Shown piece by piece: positions 19,556 through 30,300 of a DNA stretch of 64,000 nucleotides. This DNA is from Nitrosopumilus sp. (GTDB lineage: Archaea; Thermoproteota; Nitrososphaeria; Nitrososphaerales; Nitrosopumilaceae). Under the pieces are notes generated by a model. It was given only the letters and a program-made list of their open reading frames with translations, was not told where the DNA came from and did not search any database. Position 1 is the first letter of the stretch, and each line of letters begins with the position of its first letter. The DNA lies in contig OZ243974.1 of the NCBI GenBank assembly GCA_965214775.1, positions 2,176,001 through 2,240,000 of the forward strand, written 5' to 3'. The position numbers and the translations under genes were made by a program.

Positions 19556-22525
19556 TCATCTGACATTAAAAAAGTCAGTAACAACTATGTCCAGGTATTG
19601 CAGCTGGGCAACATAAACCCCTGGCTCAAACGGGGTTGAAACAACCTTGGTAAACAATCCTGAGGAGTCGTCCTTTAACGCAATTTCTTCAATGCGATCG
19701 CCGTGCTGATCATAGATGTCTACAAAGAGGTCTTCCCTAAATGCAAGCTCTTTTTGAACTGCGCCTGAAAGGATTAGTTTGTCATCCTCATAGTGGGCCT
19801 CAATCACCGCTGAACGTGAGCGAACAGGGAGATAACGTTCAATGATCACCTTTAACTCTTCCAGGCTGTCATTTGCATTTTCGGCATCGCGGTTTGCCAA
19901 GCCGGACTTGATCTCATTGATGACTGAAGCAAATCTGGGATTGGAGTCAAAGCTTTCACCGCCGAATCTTTCAACAAAGAACTCTAGCTCGTTGAACTCT
20001 CTTGCCAAATGTGCCATGTCTAGATCAGATCTGTCATACGTGCTGGTGAATTTCTCTTCAACATGGACAATCTGAGTCGCCTTGGAATTCTTGTACTGCA
20101 GCAAGACAACATATAATCCGGGATCAGTCGGTGCCTCCCACTGGGTATAGAAATTTCCCTGCCTGGTATCGGTAAATTCTAGGCTGCTGTGAGTGGTCCC
20201 GTCCATGTTGAACACCGTAACGTAGAGGTTCTCACGCCTGTCAAATACGGATTTTTCAGTCGCCCCCTGGATTACCCAAAGTTCCTTCTCAAGATCATAT
20301 GAAATGTCATAAATGATGCTAGGGCTGCTTAATGCCAGATACTCGCTAAGATAATCGCCAATCTCAGTAATCTTTGTTTCAGCGTCAATAAAGTTGGCAA
20401 TCTCGATTAATTCATCTGCATCCTCCATCAATTGGTGATACCCATCTGCATGTGCGGCAAACTCGTTGTTGTAAAATGTGTTGACCATGCCTGAAAACGT
20501 TTCAAGTTTTTTGCGCAGTTCGATCCTCTTTAATTCGTCACTGGTATAGCCGACATCCGATCCATAGGGATCATTTGCATATGCATCTGAGACTAGCTGC
20601 CATTCCTCAAACAGTTCTCTGACCAAGACATCGGCCTGATCCAAGTCATCCTGAATCACCAAATCCCTTACACGGTCAATTCTTTTGTTAATGGTTTCGG
20701 TAAATTCAACATAGTTTGGCAGGAATCTGTTTTTTGTCATGCTGAGTTCCACCAAATTTTCTATGGACTTTGCACGTTGCAGGATATCGCTTGCCCTGAC
20801 TTGGAATGCGTCTTTGTTGTAAGAGTCTAGATCGCTTTTGATGGCCGGAGCCGTTTCACTTGCCCATGTTAGCAGAACCTCGATTCTGTCTATTCTGGTA
20901 CTTGACGGGTTTCCAGATTCCATCTCCTTGGCAGTTTCAATGATTTGTAGCGCGTTATTTATCGCAAAGAGGTTTTGATAATCAGCCTGAAGTTCAGCTT
21001 TTTGCTTCATTGACTGGTATTGGAATTCCAATACTACCAACGGACTCCTTTTTTCCCTTAATTCGTTCATGGACTGATCAAACTCAGAGACGATGCCTAG
21101 AATTTCCTCTACGGATCTTGCCTCATTGACCCGCTCAAGAAGGTCTTGCCAGTCAGAAGTCCTCTTTGAATCAACTCCGGACGATTGGGAGATTTCTATG
21201 CTCTTGCTGATTCTAGAGGAGATGTCGATTACCTGAGCCATTTGGCGGATTTGGTTTTCTGCATCCAGAATATCACTGACAGACGAGGCCAGCACCAGAT
21301 CACTTTCCAAATCACGCCAGTCAGGCTGGAGCAGATTGGCAAGCTCGTCATTTTCTTCAGAGTCTGACGAGATGAAGCGCTCAACGTCGTCTATCTCTCG
21401 CAGCAACAGGGCAGCCGAATGAAGGTCAGATACGCGGGGTTTTGACTCGATTAGCTCGCCAATTGACTCTCTTGCCTGAAGGTGGGGTTTCAGAGTCTCC
21501 CAATCATTTTGAACAAGACGGTAAAGGTCAGTCTGTTTTCTTGAAATTACATCAAGATATCTGGATTTTGAGAGGACGTCGACTAGTTCGGCGATTTCAG
21601 CAGAATGGACCGGTGCTGTTCCTCGCGCAAAAATGAACGCAACCTCGTTTTTTACGGGCTTGCTCATTACGGTGTCAGACTTTGTCATAAGGCTCAGCAG
21701 GGTTTCTTCCAATTCGTCAAAGGTGGGAATTCGCTGGCTTGGAATTTTTTCAGGGTTTAGATTTCGGATGTCTGTAACGGCATCAGTAAGTAATTGGACC
21801 GCTCTTGTTTTGTCGCCTATCTCGTAATGAAAGACTGATGCAAAGATTGTCCTGTCGATGGATTTTGCCACTTCAAAAGAGATTTCATCATCATCCAGTA
21901 ATTGGATTACAGAGTCCAGCGATGAAGAAACTGCAGTCCTAATCATGGGATCAACTTCAATCAGCAACTCGTCAACAAAAAATTCATCCCACAAGTCAAC
22001 GTAAGACGTTTCTAACACGTCCAAGTCTGATGATGATCCAGGATCAGATACGGGTGAAGTGATTTCAAACGTGTCTGAAATTGTTTGGGCATGGCTTGAA
22101 ACCAGTTCTTTGGCCAATTCAATGCGCTGTTCATGGCTTGTCTCAGAGTATGAACCAGAACTCAGGCTAAACGTTGTTGATTTTGTATGATCGCCGTAGA
22201 ACAGCTTGATCTCATACTCTCCGGAAACCCCGCAAATTCTTCCTTTGAGAGGAATGGCATCCGTGACAAATGCGCCGTTTGGCAACGGCGTTAATTGCTG
22301 GATCTGACACAAATCGCCTTGGGGGTTTATGATTTGCATGATCAGAAACGAATCACTATCAAGATTTGCAACTTTGCCAAAGACAAAGAGGGGTTCTCCT
22401 TTCTCAAGTGTTCCAAAATTCTCCAAGATGGAAATCCTGTCAGGAGTTTGAGCAGAGGCATAGACAGGCACCATTAAGACTGCCATTATGCACAAAACAA
22501 TGGGAATTTGCCTCACAAAGATCAA
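19556..22525 (-). CDS. Large secreted/surface protein (beta-rich terminal domains, acidic helical core)
   Basis: Signal peptide, 989 aa, repeated ...PGxYxV/I beta motifs. Confidence 0.75.
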   Translation of the reverse strand: MIFVRQIPIVLCIMAVLMVPVYASAQTPDRISILENFGTLEKGEPLFVFGKVANLDSDSFLIMQIINPQGDLCQIQQLTPLPNGAFVTDAIPLKGRICGVSGEYEIKLFYGDHTKSTTFSLSSGSYSETSHEQRIELAKELVSSHAQTISDTFEITSPVSDPGSSSDLDVLETSYVDLWDEFFVDELLIEVDPMIRTAVSSSLDSVIQLLDDDEISFEVAKSIDRTIFASVFHYEIGDKTRAVQLLTDAVTDIRNLNPEKIPSQRIPTFDELEETLLSLMTKSDTVMSKPVKNEVAFIFARGTAPVHSAEIAELVDVLSKSRYLDVISRKQTDLYRLVQNDWETLKPHLQARESIGELIESKPRVSDLHSAALLLREIDDVERFISSDSEENDELANLLQPDWRDLESDLVLASSVSDILDAENQIRQMAQVIDISSRISKSIEISQSSGVDSKRTSDWQDLLERVNEARSVEEILGIVSEFDQSMNELREKRSPLVVLEFQYQSMKQKAELQADYQNLFAINNALQIIETAKEMESGNPSSTRIDRIEVLLTWASETAPAIKSDLDSYNKDAFQVRASDILQRAKSIENLVELSMTKNRFLPNYVEFTETINKRIDRVRDLVIQDDLDQADVLVRELFEEWQLVSDAYANDPYGSDVGYTSDELKRIELRKKLETFSGMVNTFYNNEFAAHADGYHQLMEDADELIEIANFIDAETKITEIGDYLSEYLALSSPSIIYDISYDLEKELWVIQGATEKSVFDRRENLYVTVFNMDGTTHSSLEFTDTRQGNFYTQWEAPTDPGLYVVLLQYKNSKATQIVHVEEKFTSTYDRSDLDMAHLAREFNELEFFVERFGGESFDSNPRFASVINEIKSGLANRDAENANDSLEELKVIIERYLPVRSRSAVIEAHYEDDKLILSGAVQKELAFREDLFVDIYDQHGDRIEEIALKDDSSGLFTKVVSTPFEPGVYVAQLQYLDIVVTDFFNVR

Positions 22526-22576
22526 TACGTCTACTTGTACTACTTAAGATTTAGGTATCTATCAGTCGCATTCTAT

Positions 22577-23282
22577 TGTACGAAAAGTCGGTCCGCCTAG
22601 GATCAGGAGGACAATAGCGGACTATTTTAGGCTGTACCGATCACGAAAAACCATGAAAAAAATACTGACAGAAGAGTCACGGCAGTACCTAGTAAGACAG
22701 TGCAAGAAAGGCGTCGCGTCCTCCAAGATAGCAAAGGATCTGAACATCACGGCAAGGCACGTAAGGAGGCTGTGGGCCCGGTTCCAGGCAGCAGGTACGA
22801 CGCGCGTGAAAATGGGCAGGCCGCATGTCCCGGTCACAGCCGCCCAGATACGTCTGGTGACCGGGACGCACGAGGGCGAACCGACAGGCGTACTGCGCAC
22901 CGCAGGCAGGCTGAGGCACAATCACAATATAAGCTACCGTGCAGTATACCGCATAATGAAGAAGAACAACCTGGTGATTCCGTCTGCGGCAAAATCAAAA
23001 AAGAGGGGATACGTCCGCTTTGAGCGCAAATACTCCAACGCGATGTGGCACGCAGACTGGCATGAAATGAAGGATCCGCGCCTAAAGGGACTCAACCTAG
23101 TCACGTATCTTGACGATGCCTCAAGGTGCATTACGGGGGCCGCACTATTTGAGCATGCCACCTCTGAGAGCGCCGTAATGACACTCAGGCTGGCGATCGA
23201 GAGGTTTGGTGCGCCTGCATCCATACTGTCTGACAACGGCTCGTGCTTTGTAGGACAGAACGGCAGAAAAAAGGCGGCACCG
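22577..23282 (+). mobile_element. IS481-family element, 3'-truncated
   Basis: Probable TGT start; sequence ends at the IS630-A left end. Confidence 0.7.
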
Positions 23283-23285
23283 TAG
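22653..23285 (+). pseudogene. IS481-family transposase, truncated before the catalytic Glu
   Basis: HTH; RFERKYSNAMWHAD, LDDASR, ILSDNGSCF; stop codon comes from the IS630 end. Confidence 0.85.
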
Positions 23286-23931
23286 TCAACATATAAAAAA
23301 AAGAACAATTTTGACAACTATTTTTGATCCAAACATTAAGATCAGGCAAGGAATACGCATATGCATGGACAGACAGAGAAAGGAATTCGTAGCATCAGGA
23401 AGCAAATTCCTGCCAAATACGTCACGCTCCTACCTGCACAAGGCATACAAAAAGGAGACAGACAAGAGAAAGCGCGACAGGCTGCTTGCATACATGCAGC
23501 GCAAGGACGACCTCGGTGTGGAACAGATAGCAAAGAACCTCGACCGGGCACATTCCACCATATCCAAGTGGCTCATCCGCGCACAGGACGAGGGAATACG
23601 TGCAAGGCACGAGCGGCCAGGCAGGGGACGCAAGCACAAGCTGAGTGAGTCGCAGCTGAAACAGCTTGCAGCGGATCTCAAGTCAGGATCCGAGGAGTGC
23701 GGTTTTGAGAGCAGCCTGTGGGACTCGGGCCTGATGAGACGGCACATCAAAAAGAAGTTCGGCATAGAATACAGCAAGAGCGGCACGCGGCTGCTGGCAC
23801 GCGAGCTTGGGTTCTCATGGAGGAAGCCGAGGCCAAAGAACCCAAAGGCCGTCTCAAAACAAAAGCAGAACGAGTTCAAGGAGGCATCCCAAGAGCTGAT
23901 ACGGGAAAAGGAGGCGCAAGGGTATACGGTA

Positions 23932-25039
23932 TAGCAACGGTCACAAGTAATTGAGGGCTTTGACCGGCGATCTGTAAATGTACTTGTACATGCAAAGGTG
24001 GGCAAACGACACCGTCCTGTAGTACTCGGATATGGCATGCCGTAGCTCGCTGATTTTCCTGTACACTATCCCCCTGAAAACGACAGGCTTGCCTAGGTTC
24101 CAGCATTCTTCCACGATATTGAGGTACGGCGATCCCTTCGGGATCATTATCAGCCTGATGTCGGGATGACCTGCCAGATATTCTGCGACGTCAATAGATC
24201 TGTGCACACTCCACCTGTCGCAAAAGACGGCAACCTTGCCAAACTTGGCGCGCAACGCCTCCAGACATTGTATGAACTGCACTGACCTAAACGATCCCGT
24301 AAACGTCCTGAACAGCCTTCTGCCGTCTTCTGCGATGCTTCCAAACACGGCCACCTTTGTGTGGTCCCCCGAATACGATGCCACGCTTCTGGTGCCGACC
24401 GGACCCCACACGTATCTGTCGTATGCGCCCTGCACGAAGAACGCCTCATCAGATGACACCAGCGTAAAACCCTCTCTTTTCAGGCACGGAATCCGCACGT
24501 TTTCAAGATACCGTTGCCACGAGTATACGGAGCTTGGGGTGGCATGGTTGACATGCACGTTTTGCACCTTGCGGCGCGACAGGCCGTGCTGGCGCATCAG
24601 TTTTCGGACATGTCCTGTGCTGTATTCTGTCCCGGTGGCATCCCTTATGTCATCGCGTACCGTCATAACATCGGTACTTTTGCATGCAGTGGACAGGTCC
24701 ATTATGGCGGCAATACTTTCTCTGTCCACCTTTGGCCTGCATCCGGAACGGGGAAGATCCCGGAGACCGTCTATGCCGTCCTCCGAAAACCTCGCCAGCC
24801 AGTTGCGCACGGAATTCTCACTGCACCGGACCCTTCTTGCAGTCTCAGGCACGCCCACGTCGTCTTCTAGCACAAACATCAGCGCCATGATCTTCTTGTA
24901 GACTTTGACATCCTTTTCTTTGCGCATGGCCTCTGACAGGCTTTTGTCTGTTTCTTTTGCCATGTCATTGCGCCGGTTAGGCGATCCATATACTTTTCGA
25001 ATGATCCCGTTTTGGCTCAAAGACTTCTGATCATTGCTA
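23932..25039 (-). mobile_element. IS630-B copy 2 with TA target duplication
   Basis: TA|TAGCAAC...ATTGCTA|TA; near-identical to 1818-2923. Confidence 0.92.
23941..24963 (-). CDS. IS630-family transposase
   Basis: Paralog of 1827-2846 with few substitutions. Confidence 0.9.
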   Translation of the reverse strand: MAKETDKSLSEAMRKEKDVKVYKKIMALMFVLEDDVGVPETARRVRCSENSVRNWLARFSEDGIDGLRDLPRSGCRPKVDRESIAAIMDLSTACKSTDVMTVRDDIRDATGTEYSTGHVRKLMRQHGLSRRKVQNVHVNHATPSSVYSWQRYLENVRIPCLKREGFTLVSSDEAFFVQGAYDRYVWGPVGTRSVASYSGDHTKVAVFGSIAEDGRRLFRTFTGSFRSVQFIQCLEALRAKFGKVAVFCDRWSVHRSIDVAEYLAGHPDIRLIMIPKGSPYLNIVEECWNLGKPVVFRGIVYRKISELRHAISEYYRTVSFAHLCMYKYIYRSPVKALNYL

Positions 25040-25633
25040 TACTGGCAGAAGACGAGTCATCCATACAAAAGACCTCAAACAGCCCCAAACACGGGTGGCT
25101 CAGGCGCGGCATGAGCGTCACGGCGCCCTTGACGCTGTCACGGCAGCGCCGGTACATGTTCGGCGTGCTGGCAGTTAACATATTCTACTATATGTTCTAT
25201 GACAAGACCAACACCGACAGCTTTTGCGACTTTTTGGAAAAGGTGCACGAAAAGTACGGAAAGGTGTTGATATTCCTGGATAATGCGTCATACCACAAGT
25301 CTGTCGGCGTAAGGGAGATGCTGGAAAAGTACAAGGGCGAGATAATACTGGAGTACCTGCCGCCGTACGCGCCGGAGCTCAATCCTGTAGAGATACAGTG
25401 GAGGGAGATAAAGCGGAGGCTGTCTGCCAGGGTGTTTGATACGCTTGATGAGATGGAGCAGTCCGTGCGGAATCTGTTTGCAAGAGGAGAGGTCCTGCCG
25501 GTAAAGATGTTCCGATATTTGATGGGCTGACTACTGCAGCAGCAACAACTGTCGTGTTCCATACTGTCGGGTCTTGTGTGGCAGTATGTCAAACCCCCCA
25601 TGCACGAATTAACTACTGCCACAACAACTGTCG

Positions 25634-26768
25634 TAGTATCTACGTCAGCCATTTGTTCATCTTTACCACCTTTATCTCGCCCCTGCGCGTCATACTGCGC
25701 AGTGATCTCTGCATCTCCTTGACGGTCTTGTAAAGGCAGTTTGAAGTCGCCTTTTTGAACCCGCGCCACTGCCCCTCCGAGTTGTTAAGCTCCGGCGCGT
25801 ACGGCGGCAGGTACTTTAGCACCACGTCCCCGTTCCACTTGGCCATCTTTCTATTGAGTTCTGCTGACTTGTGGTACGATGCGTTGTCGACAAACAACAA
25901 CACCTTGCCGTACTTGCGGCGCAGTGTCCTGAGAAACTTGTAGAACGTTCCCGTGTTGGCCTTTTCGTAAAAGCGATAGTCAAACCTGTTTCTTGAGAGG
26001 GCCCCTATGACATAGAACCGCTTCCTAGACAGGCTGACGGGCGTATAGACCGGCTCTCCTACGGGGTACCAGCTGTTCTTGACGTTCCATCCCAGTATGA
26101 ACATGGACTCGTCGCCTATCATTACCGTGTACCCCTTTTTTGAATAGTACTTTGCGCTCTGCCTAGCTTTTTTTTTGAACTCCTTTTTCTCGGATTCTGA
26201 GGCTGATTTTGGGTGTTTTGGCCTGGGCTTTCTGCATGAGAAGCCGATTCTGTGCAGCAGGTCGTACATGCTCGTTTCTGCATACGTGATGCCGAACTTC
26301 TTTTTGACGTGGGCAATGACCAGCGGCCCTGTCCATGTTGTGGCCTTAAAGCCGCAGTTGTCCGGGCCCTTGATCAGGTCTGCGCGCAGCCGTTCAAGCT
26401 GTTTCTTGTCGAGCCTGCACGGGGCGCCATGCTTTATGTCAAACCTGCCCTCCAGGCCATGCTTGTGCGCACGCACCAGCCAGTATCGTACGGTTCCATA
26501 CGGCCTGCTCAGCTTCTCGGCAATATCATATATGCTCGCGCCGCACTTTCTCATGTGGTATGCAAGGAGCCGGATTGCCGCCTTGGCGTCCTTCTCGGAC
26601 TTGTGCATCCTAAAAAGCTCGTCCTTGCTTGCTATCCCGTACAGGAACGCTGTTCCCGTCGGTAATTCCTTCTTTCCTTTCATGTGTATATATGGAACTA
26701 ATAGCTCTTAGATCCTTTGGTTGAAAAAAATTGTCCTTTTTGTGATCAATTGGTAGCCGAGGATACTA
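25634..26768 (-). mobile_element. IS630-family element IS630-C
   Basis: Ends TAGTATC...GATACTA, flanked by CG on both sides. Confidence 0.8.
25640..26683 (-). CDS. IS630-family transposase, single open frame
   Basis: HTH, GFSCRKPRP, GDES, DNASYH, YAPELNNSE. Confidence 0.92.
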   Translation of the reverse strand: MKGKKELPTGTAFLYGIASKDELFRMHKSEKDAKAAIRLLAYHMRKCGASIYDIAEKLSRPYGTVRYWLVRAHKHGLEGRFDIKHGAPCRLDKKQLERLRADLIKGPDNCGFKATTWTGPLVIAHVKKKFGITYAETSMYDLLHRIGFSCRKPRPKHPKSASESEKKEFKKKARQSAKYYSKKGYTVMIGDESMFILGWNVKNSWYPVGEPVYTPVSLSRKRFYVIGALSRNRFDYRFYEKANTGTFYKFLRTLRRKYGKVLLFVDNASYHKSAELNRKMAKWNGDVVLKYLPPYAPELNNSEGQWRGFKKATSNCLYKTVKEMQRSLRSMTRRGEIKVVKMNKWLT

Positions 26769-26791
26769 CGTGTTCCATACTGTCGGGTCTA

Positions 26792-26950
26792 GTACGCCTT
26801 GCAAAGGCGTGAGTGCTTTGCTTGCCAGGAATTTGTCCCTTGATGCTACGAATTCTGTCTGTTTTCCCATGCATATGCGATGGTTTGCATGATCTTAATG
26901 TTGGATCAAAAGCAGTTGTCAAAACTATCCGTTTTTTTATGAATTGACTA
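26792..26950 (-). mobile_element. Inverted, truncated left end of an IS630-A-related element
   Basis: Reverse complement aligns with 23283-23430 (TAGTCAA..TTTTGACAAC..TTTTGATCCAA..CATTAAGATCA..GAATTCGTAGCATCA). Confidence 0.75.
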
Positions 26951-27044
26951 TGAACCACAAAAAATGACTAGACTATCTAGAATACGATTTGCATCTCTGT
27001 GCATCGAAATCAGGATCCTACTAAAATAACACAAAACCGGCATC

Positions 27045-27755
27045 TTGTTGATGGCCATCGTCTATGGGGTTTCAGAGGCAACAAAAGAATTTCTAAAAAA
27101 ACTCCCAAAGCAAATCCAAAGCCTTGACGAAATTAATGACGTTCATCGAGAACTCAGGAGGGAGTTGGACTCCATTGAAGACAGGGGGCTGGGAAACAAG
27201 TTCAGGCGGTGGCGAAAACAGCGTGTCATCAACAAGATCGACAGCAATGTTGGCGGCGCAGAGCATGCGGGAGCCAGGGGGGAGGACCTAGCCCTGCAAA
27301 AGCTCTCAGAACTCCCTGATGACTATCGTATTTTCTGCGGGGTAAACAAGGACTTGGGAAAGTATGCGACATACGGAAAAAGACGTGATCTAAAATCTGC
27401 TCAGATGGACTTTGTAGTCTTGTCCACAAGGGGCGTAAATGTCATCGAAGTAAAAAACTGGCGCGCATCTTATTACGAGAGTCATCGCGGTCTTTCTCCA
27501 CATGAACAGGTAGACAGGGCCGGCCGGGTACTGTGGATCTCACTGAAATCCTCGTGGTTTGGCCCCCGGGATCCGCCTGTTACCAGCGTGTTGCTATCCT
27601 TGCGGGGAACGATTCCGCCGGATCCAAGATACAGGCATGTTGCCGTGAGGAGTCTAAATGACATCAATTGCTTTTTGCAAAACAGGCAGGAGACATTCTC
27701 TGAAAAGGAGGTAAAAAGGCTGGTTGGGAGAATAAAGGGGGACGTAACCAAATGA
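27045..27755 (+). CDS. NERD-domain (PD-(D/E)XK) nuclease-related protein
   Basis: GARGE, QMDFVV..RGVNVIEVKNW, SPHEQV. Confidence 0.85.
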   Translation: MLMAIVYGVSEATKEFLKKLPKQIQSLDEINDVHRELRRELDSIEDRGLGNKFRRWRKQRVINKIDSNVGGAEHAGARGEDLALQKLSELPDDYRIFCGVNKDLGKYATYGKRRDLKSAQMDFVVLSTRGVNVIEVKNWRASYYESHRGLSPHEQVDRAGRVLWISLKSSWFGPRDPPVTSVLLSLRGTIPPDPRYRHVAVRSLNDINCFLQNRQETFSEKEVKRLVGRIKGDVTK

Positions 27756-28053
27756 AACTTTTAATTTCCAGCACGGCGCAGTAAACCCGTGAGTTTTAGA
27801 AATGGTGTGTGCGGAATATTTGAAGCAAAAAAAAAAAAAGATCGGGCTTGAGGAGCACCATCTCGTAGAGTGCTTGGGCGACAAGAAGAGGATGCCTAAA
27901 ATCTGCATTTGCAGTGAATGCCATCACCGGCAGGATTTCTTTTAAAAAACAATTTATCAAAACTTGAATATGAGAAACACGTAAAAGCTGTTCATAGTAG
28001 GGACAAGTGAAAACAGGACTATTGTTACTGCTGAAACCAAAAAATGATGAGTC

Positions 28054-28683
28054 ATGGACGAAGTTCAAAAAACATTTGACAGGTGGGCCCAAAACGGAAG
28101 GGCAGAACTGATGGAGACGCATCACAGAAAAAACGTTTCAAAGTTTTTAGATTCGGTTTCATTTGAAAAGCCGTTTTCTTTTTTGGACATGGGTTGTGGA
28201 AACGGATGGGTTGTAAGAAAGATGAGCCAGATCAAATCCTGCAAGAAAGCAGTAGGAATAGACAAAAGCAAGAAGATGATTGTTCAAGCAAGGAAAAAAA
28301 CCACAAGCAAAAAACAAAGTTTCATTCACACTGACATTGAATCCTGGAAATACAATGGAAGGTTTGACTATGTCTTTTCTATGGAGTCGCTATACTATGC
28401 CGACTCTATAGACGTGGCCTTGGAAAAAATCTCCAAACTGTTAAATCCTGGAGGAAAGTTTTTTTGCGGCACTGATTTTTACTCAGAGAACAAGGCAACT
28501 GCAAGATGGGCGGGAATCATGAAGATTCAGATGCATCTTCACTCAAAAAAAGAGTGGAAAAAATTTTTTAAAGACGCAGGATTTCAAGTCAAAACCAGGC
28601 ATGTCAGGGATCTGAAACACAAGAGAAAATGGAGGAGAGAGTGGGGAACACTGTTCATTACAGGCACAAAGCCGTCAGAGTAA
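28054..28683 (+). CDS. Class I SAM-dependent methyltransferase
   Basis: FLDMGCGNG, FDYVFSMES, LNPGG. Confidence 0.9.
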   Translation: MDEVQKTFDRWAQNGRAELMETHHRKNVSKFLDSVSFEKPFSFLDMGCGNGWVVRKMSQIKSCKKAVGIDKSKKMIVQARKKTTSKKQSFIHTDIESWKYNGRFDYVFSMESLYYADSIDVALEKISKLLNPGGKFFCGTDFYSENKATARWAGIMKIQMHLHSKKEWKKFFKDAGFQVKTRHVRDLKHKRKWRREWGTLFITGTKPSE

Positions 28684-28701
28684 TACTCAAATCCAACGGC
28701 A

Positions 28702-28993
28702 TACTGGGATTTTCATGTGAGCTGGAGCGCGACACGCTGCCACGGCAGAGGAAACTCCTCCCTCCATACAGGATATGCGATCTGGAGATGGATAACCAGA
28801 GATGGTTGGCAACGGAGCAGAAAAGAATCCAATATGGCGCACTGTGATGGTGAAAACCTGAGGTTTCCATAAAAGGAATGAAAAAGCCGTCCCGCATGGA
28901 GCAAAGCCAAACAGAACTTTACGTTCCTGTACTAGGTTCAGGTAGGCTGCAAAGTGAAATGTCGTGAAAACAGAAGGAGGGTTACTCCCAGCA
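28702..28993 (+). ncRNA. rnpB: Archaeal RNase P RNA
   Basis: P4 halves GAGGAAACTCCTCC (28748) and AACAGAAGGAGGGTTAC (28969); P1 CTGGGA/TCCCAG; P2 TTTCATG/CGTGAAA. Confidence 0.9.
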
Positions 28994-29007
28994 CACATTA
29001 TTTAAAA

Positions 29008-29652
29008 TTAGCCAGAACGTTGTGATTTTTTCTTCAAAACAGAAAACAATGCTTTGGGAAATTCATCTACAGTTCCACTGAAAACGCTCTCAGTTATTTT
29101 TTGAATATCAAAATCAGAACTAAAAAAATCTTTAATGTCTTGCTTGGAGAACTTGTGGGGAATTCCGTTATCGGGCAAATTTTTCTCCTTGACACTCATG
29201 CATTTTAAAAACAAAGTCCCTCCGTCCCTTAATATTCGCTTAACTTGAGACAGGTACGTTGTTCTTTGTTCGATCTCAAATACGTGAAAAACACCCCTGT
29301 CAAAAACAAAGTCAAAACTGTCATCAGGCAAATTGGAATTTAGAATATTATCTACGACAAAATTCACCCCTTTGTATGAAATCATGCTTGCTTTTTTGAT
29401 GGCGCTATTTGAGACGTCGGTGCCCGTTACGTCAAATCCGTATTTTGATAACTGAATCGCTTGGGTTCCCGGGCCGGTTCCCAAGTCAAGGAAATTTCCC
29501 GAGTTTGGTAAATCCGTTTTGATTTCGTTCTCAATGTCCTGATCAAGGCTTTCGTCATACCAGGGCATGGCTTTGACATCGTTGTCTTTGTAGTATTCCT
29601 CCCATCCGCGAAAAATTTCCTTGAAATTCTTTGCACCGTCATTCATTTTCAT
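29008..29652 (-). CDS. Class I SAM-dependent methyltransferase
   Basis: FLDLGTGPG, FDFVFDRGVFH. Confidence 0.9.
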   Translation of the reverse strand: MKMNDGAKNFKEIFRGWEEYYKDNDVKAMPWYDESLDQDIENEIKTDLPNSGNFLDLGTGPGTQAIQLSKYGFDVTGTDVSNSAIKKASMISYKGVNFVVDNILNSNLPDDSFDFVFDRGVFHVFEIEQRTTYLSQVKRILRDGGTLFLKCMSVKEKNLPDNGIPHKFSKQDIKDFFSSDFDIQKITESVFSGTVDEFPKALFSVLKKKSQRSG

Positions 29653-30258
29653 TCAAAATCCGTCAGTAAAAACAACATCAGACAGTAAAAGCTGTCCGCC
29701 ACGGGGCATCGGGGGCTGAACCCGTTTTCCAATGACAATCATCATTGAGATGACATGATCTTCTGGAAGGTTGATTATCTCCCCAACCTTTTCAGGACTG
29801 AATCCTATCATGGGATTTGAGTCATAACCCATAGCTTTTGCCGTCAGCATGATGGTCTGGGCGGCAATTCCGCAGGAACGCATTGCCTCATCACGTTGCA
29901 GTTCGTCTTTTCCTTCATAAAAGGAACCCATTGCATTTGCTAGAGATTCCCGTACTTCTTTTTTTGGGACATCTCTCCAGTACCGTGTGGGATTTTTACC
30001 CCATGCCTTCAAATCCGCACAAAGAATCACGAGCAACGAACAATCAGTTACTTGGGATTGATCAAATGATACTGCACGAATCTGTTTTTTCCTTTCAGGA
30101 TCCTTTACCAAGACAAACCGCCAATTCTGCATGTTAAAGGACGTAGGAGACAGTACTGCCAATGACATGATTTGATCGATTTCATCATCTGTAATGACAT
30201 GATTTTGATCATAATGTTTCACCGAACGGCGTTCTCTGATTGCGTCAAACGTGTCCAT
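29653..30258 (-). CDS. Nitroreductase family protein
   Basis: ERRSVK, SPTSFNMQNW, GYDSNPMIGF. Confidence 0.92.
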   Translation of the reverse strand: MDTFDAIRERRSVKHYDQNHVITDDEIDQIMSLAVLSPTSFNMQNWRFVLVKDPERKKQIRAVSFDQSQVTDCSLLVILCADLKAWGKNPTRYWRDVPKKEVRESLANAMGSFYEGKDELQRDEAMRSCGIAAQTIMLTAKAMGYDSNPMIGFSPEKVGEIINLPEDHVISMMIVIGKRVQPPMPRGGQLLLSDVVFTDGF

Positions 30259-30300
30259 GTGGGAATTTGCTCTTGGCTGTATTTGTTTTTTGCAGGAAAT

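Larger units (their letters stand above)
23365..25530 (+). pseudogene. IS630-A transposase split by insertion (23365-23931 plus 25042-25530)
   Basis: Removing 23932-25039 and one TA restores in-frame GYTV-LAEDES; DNASYH and YAPELNPVE in the 3' part. Confidence 0.9.
23283..25533 (+). mobile_element. IS630-family element IS630-A, interrupted by IS630-B
   Basis: Ends TAGTCA...TGACTA. Confidence 0.8.

Noticed and set aside
25530-25633. Two ~32-bp repeats with a spacer as a mini-CRISPR
   Set aside because: Only two copies, inside an IS cluster, and the reverse complement begins like an IS end ((T)AGACC)
28629-28998. Short ORFs on both strands
   Set aside because: They overlap the RNase P RNA gene
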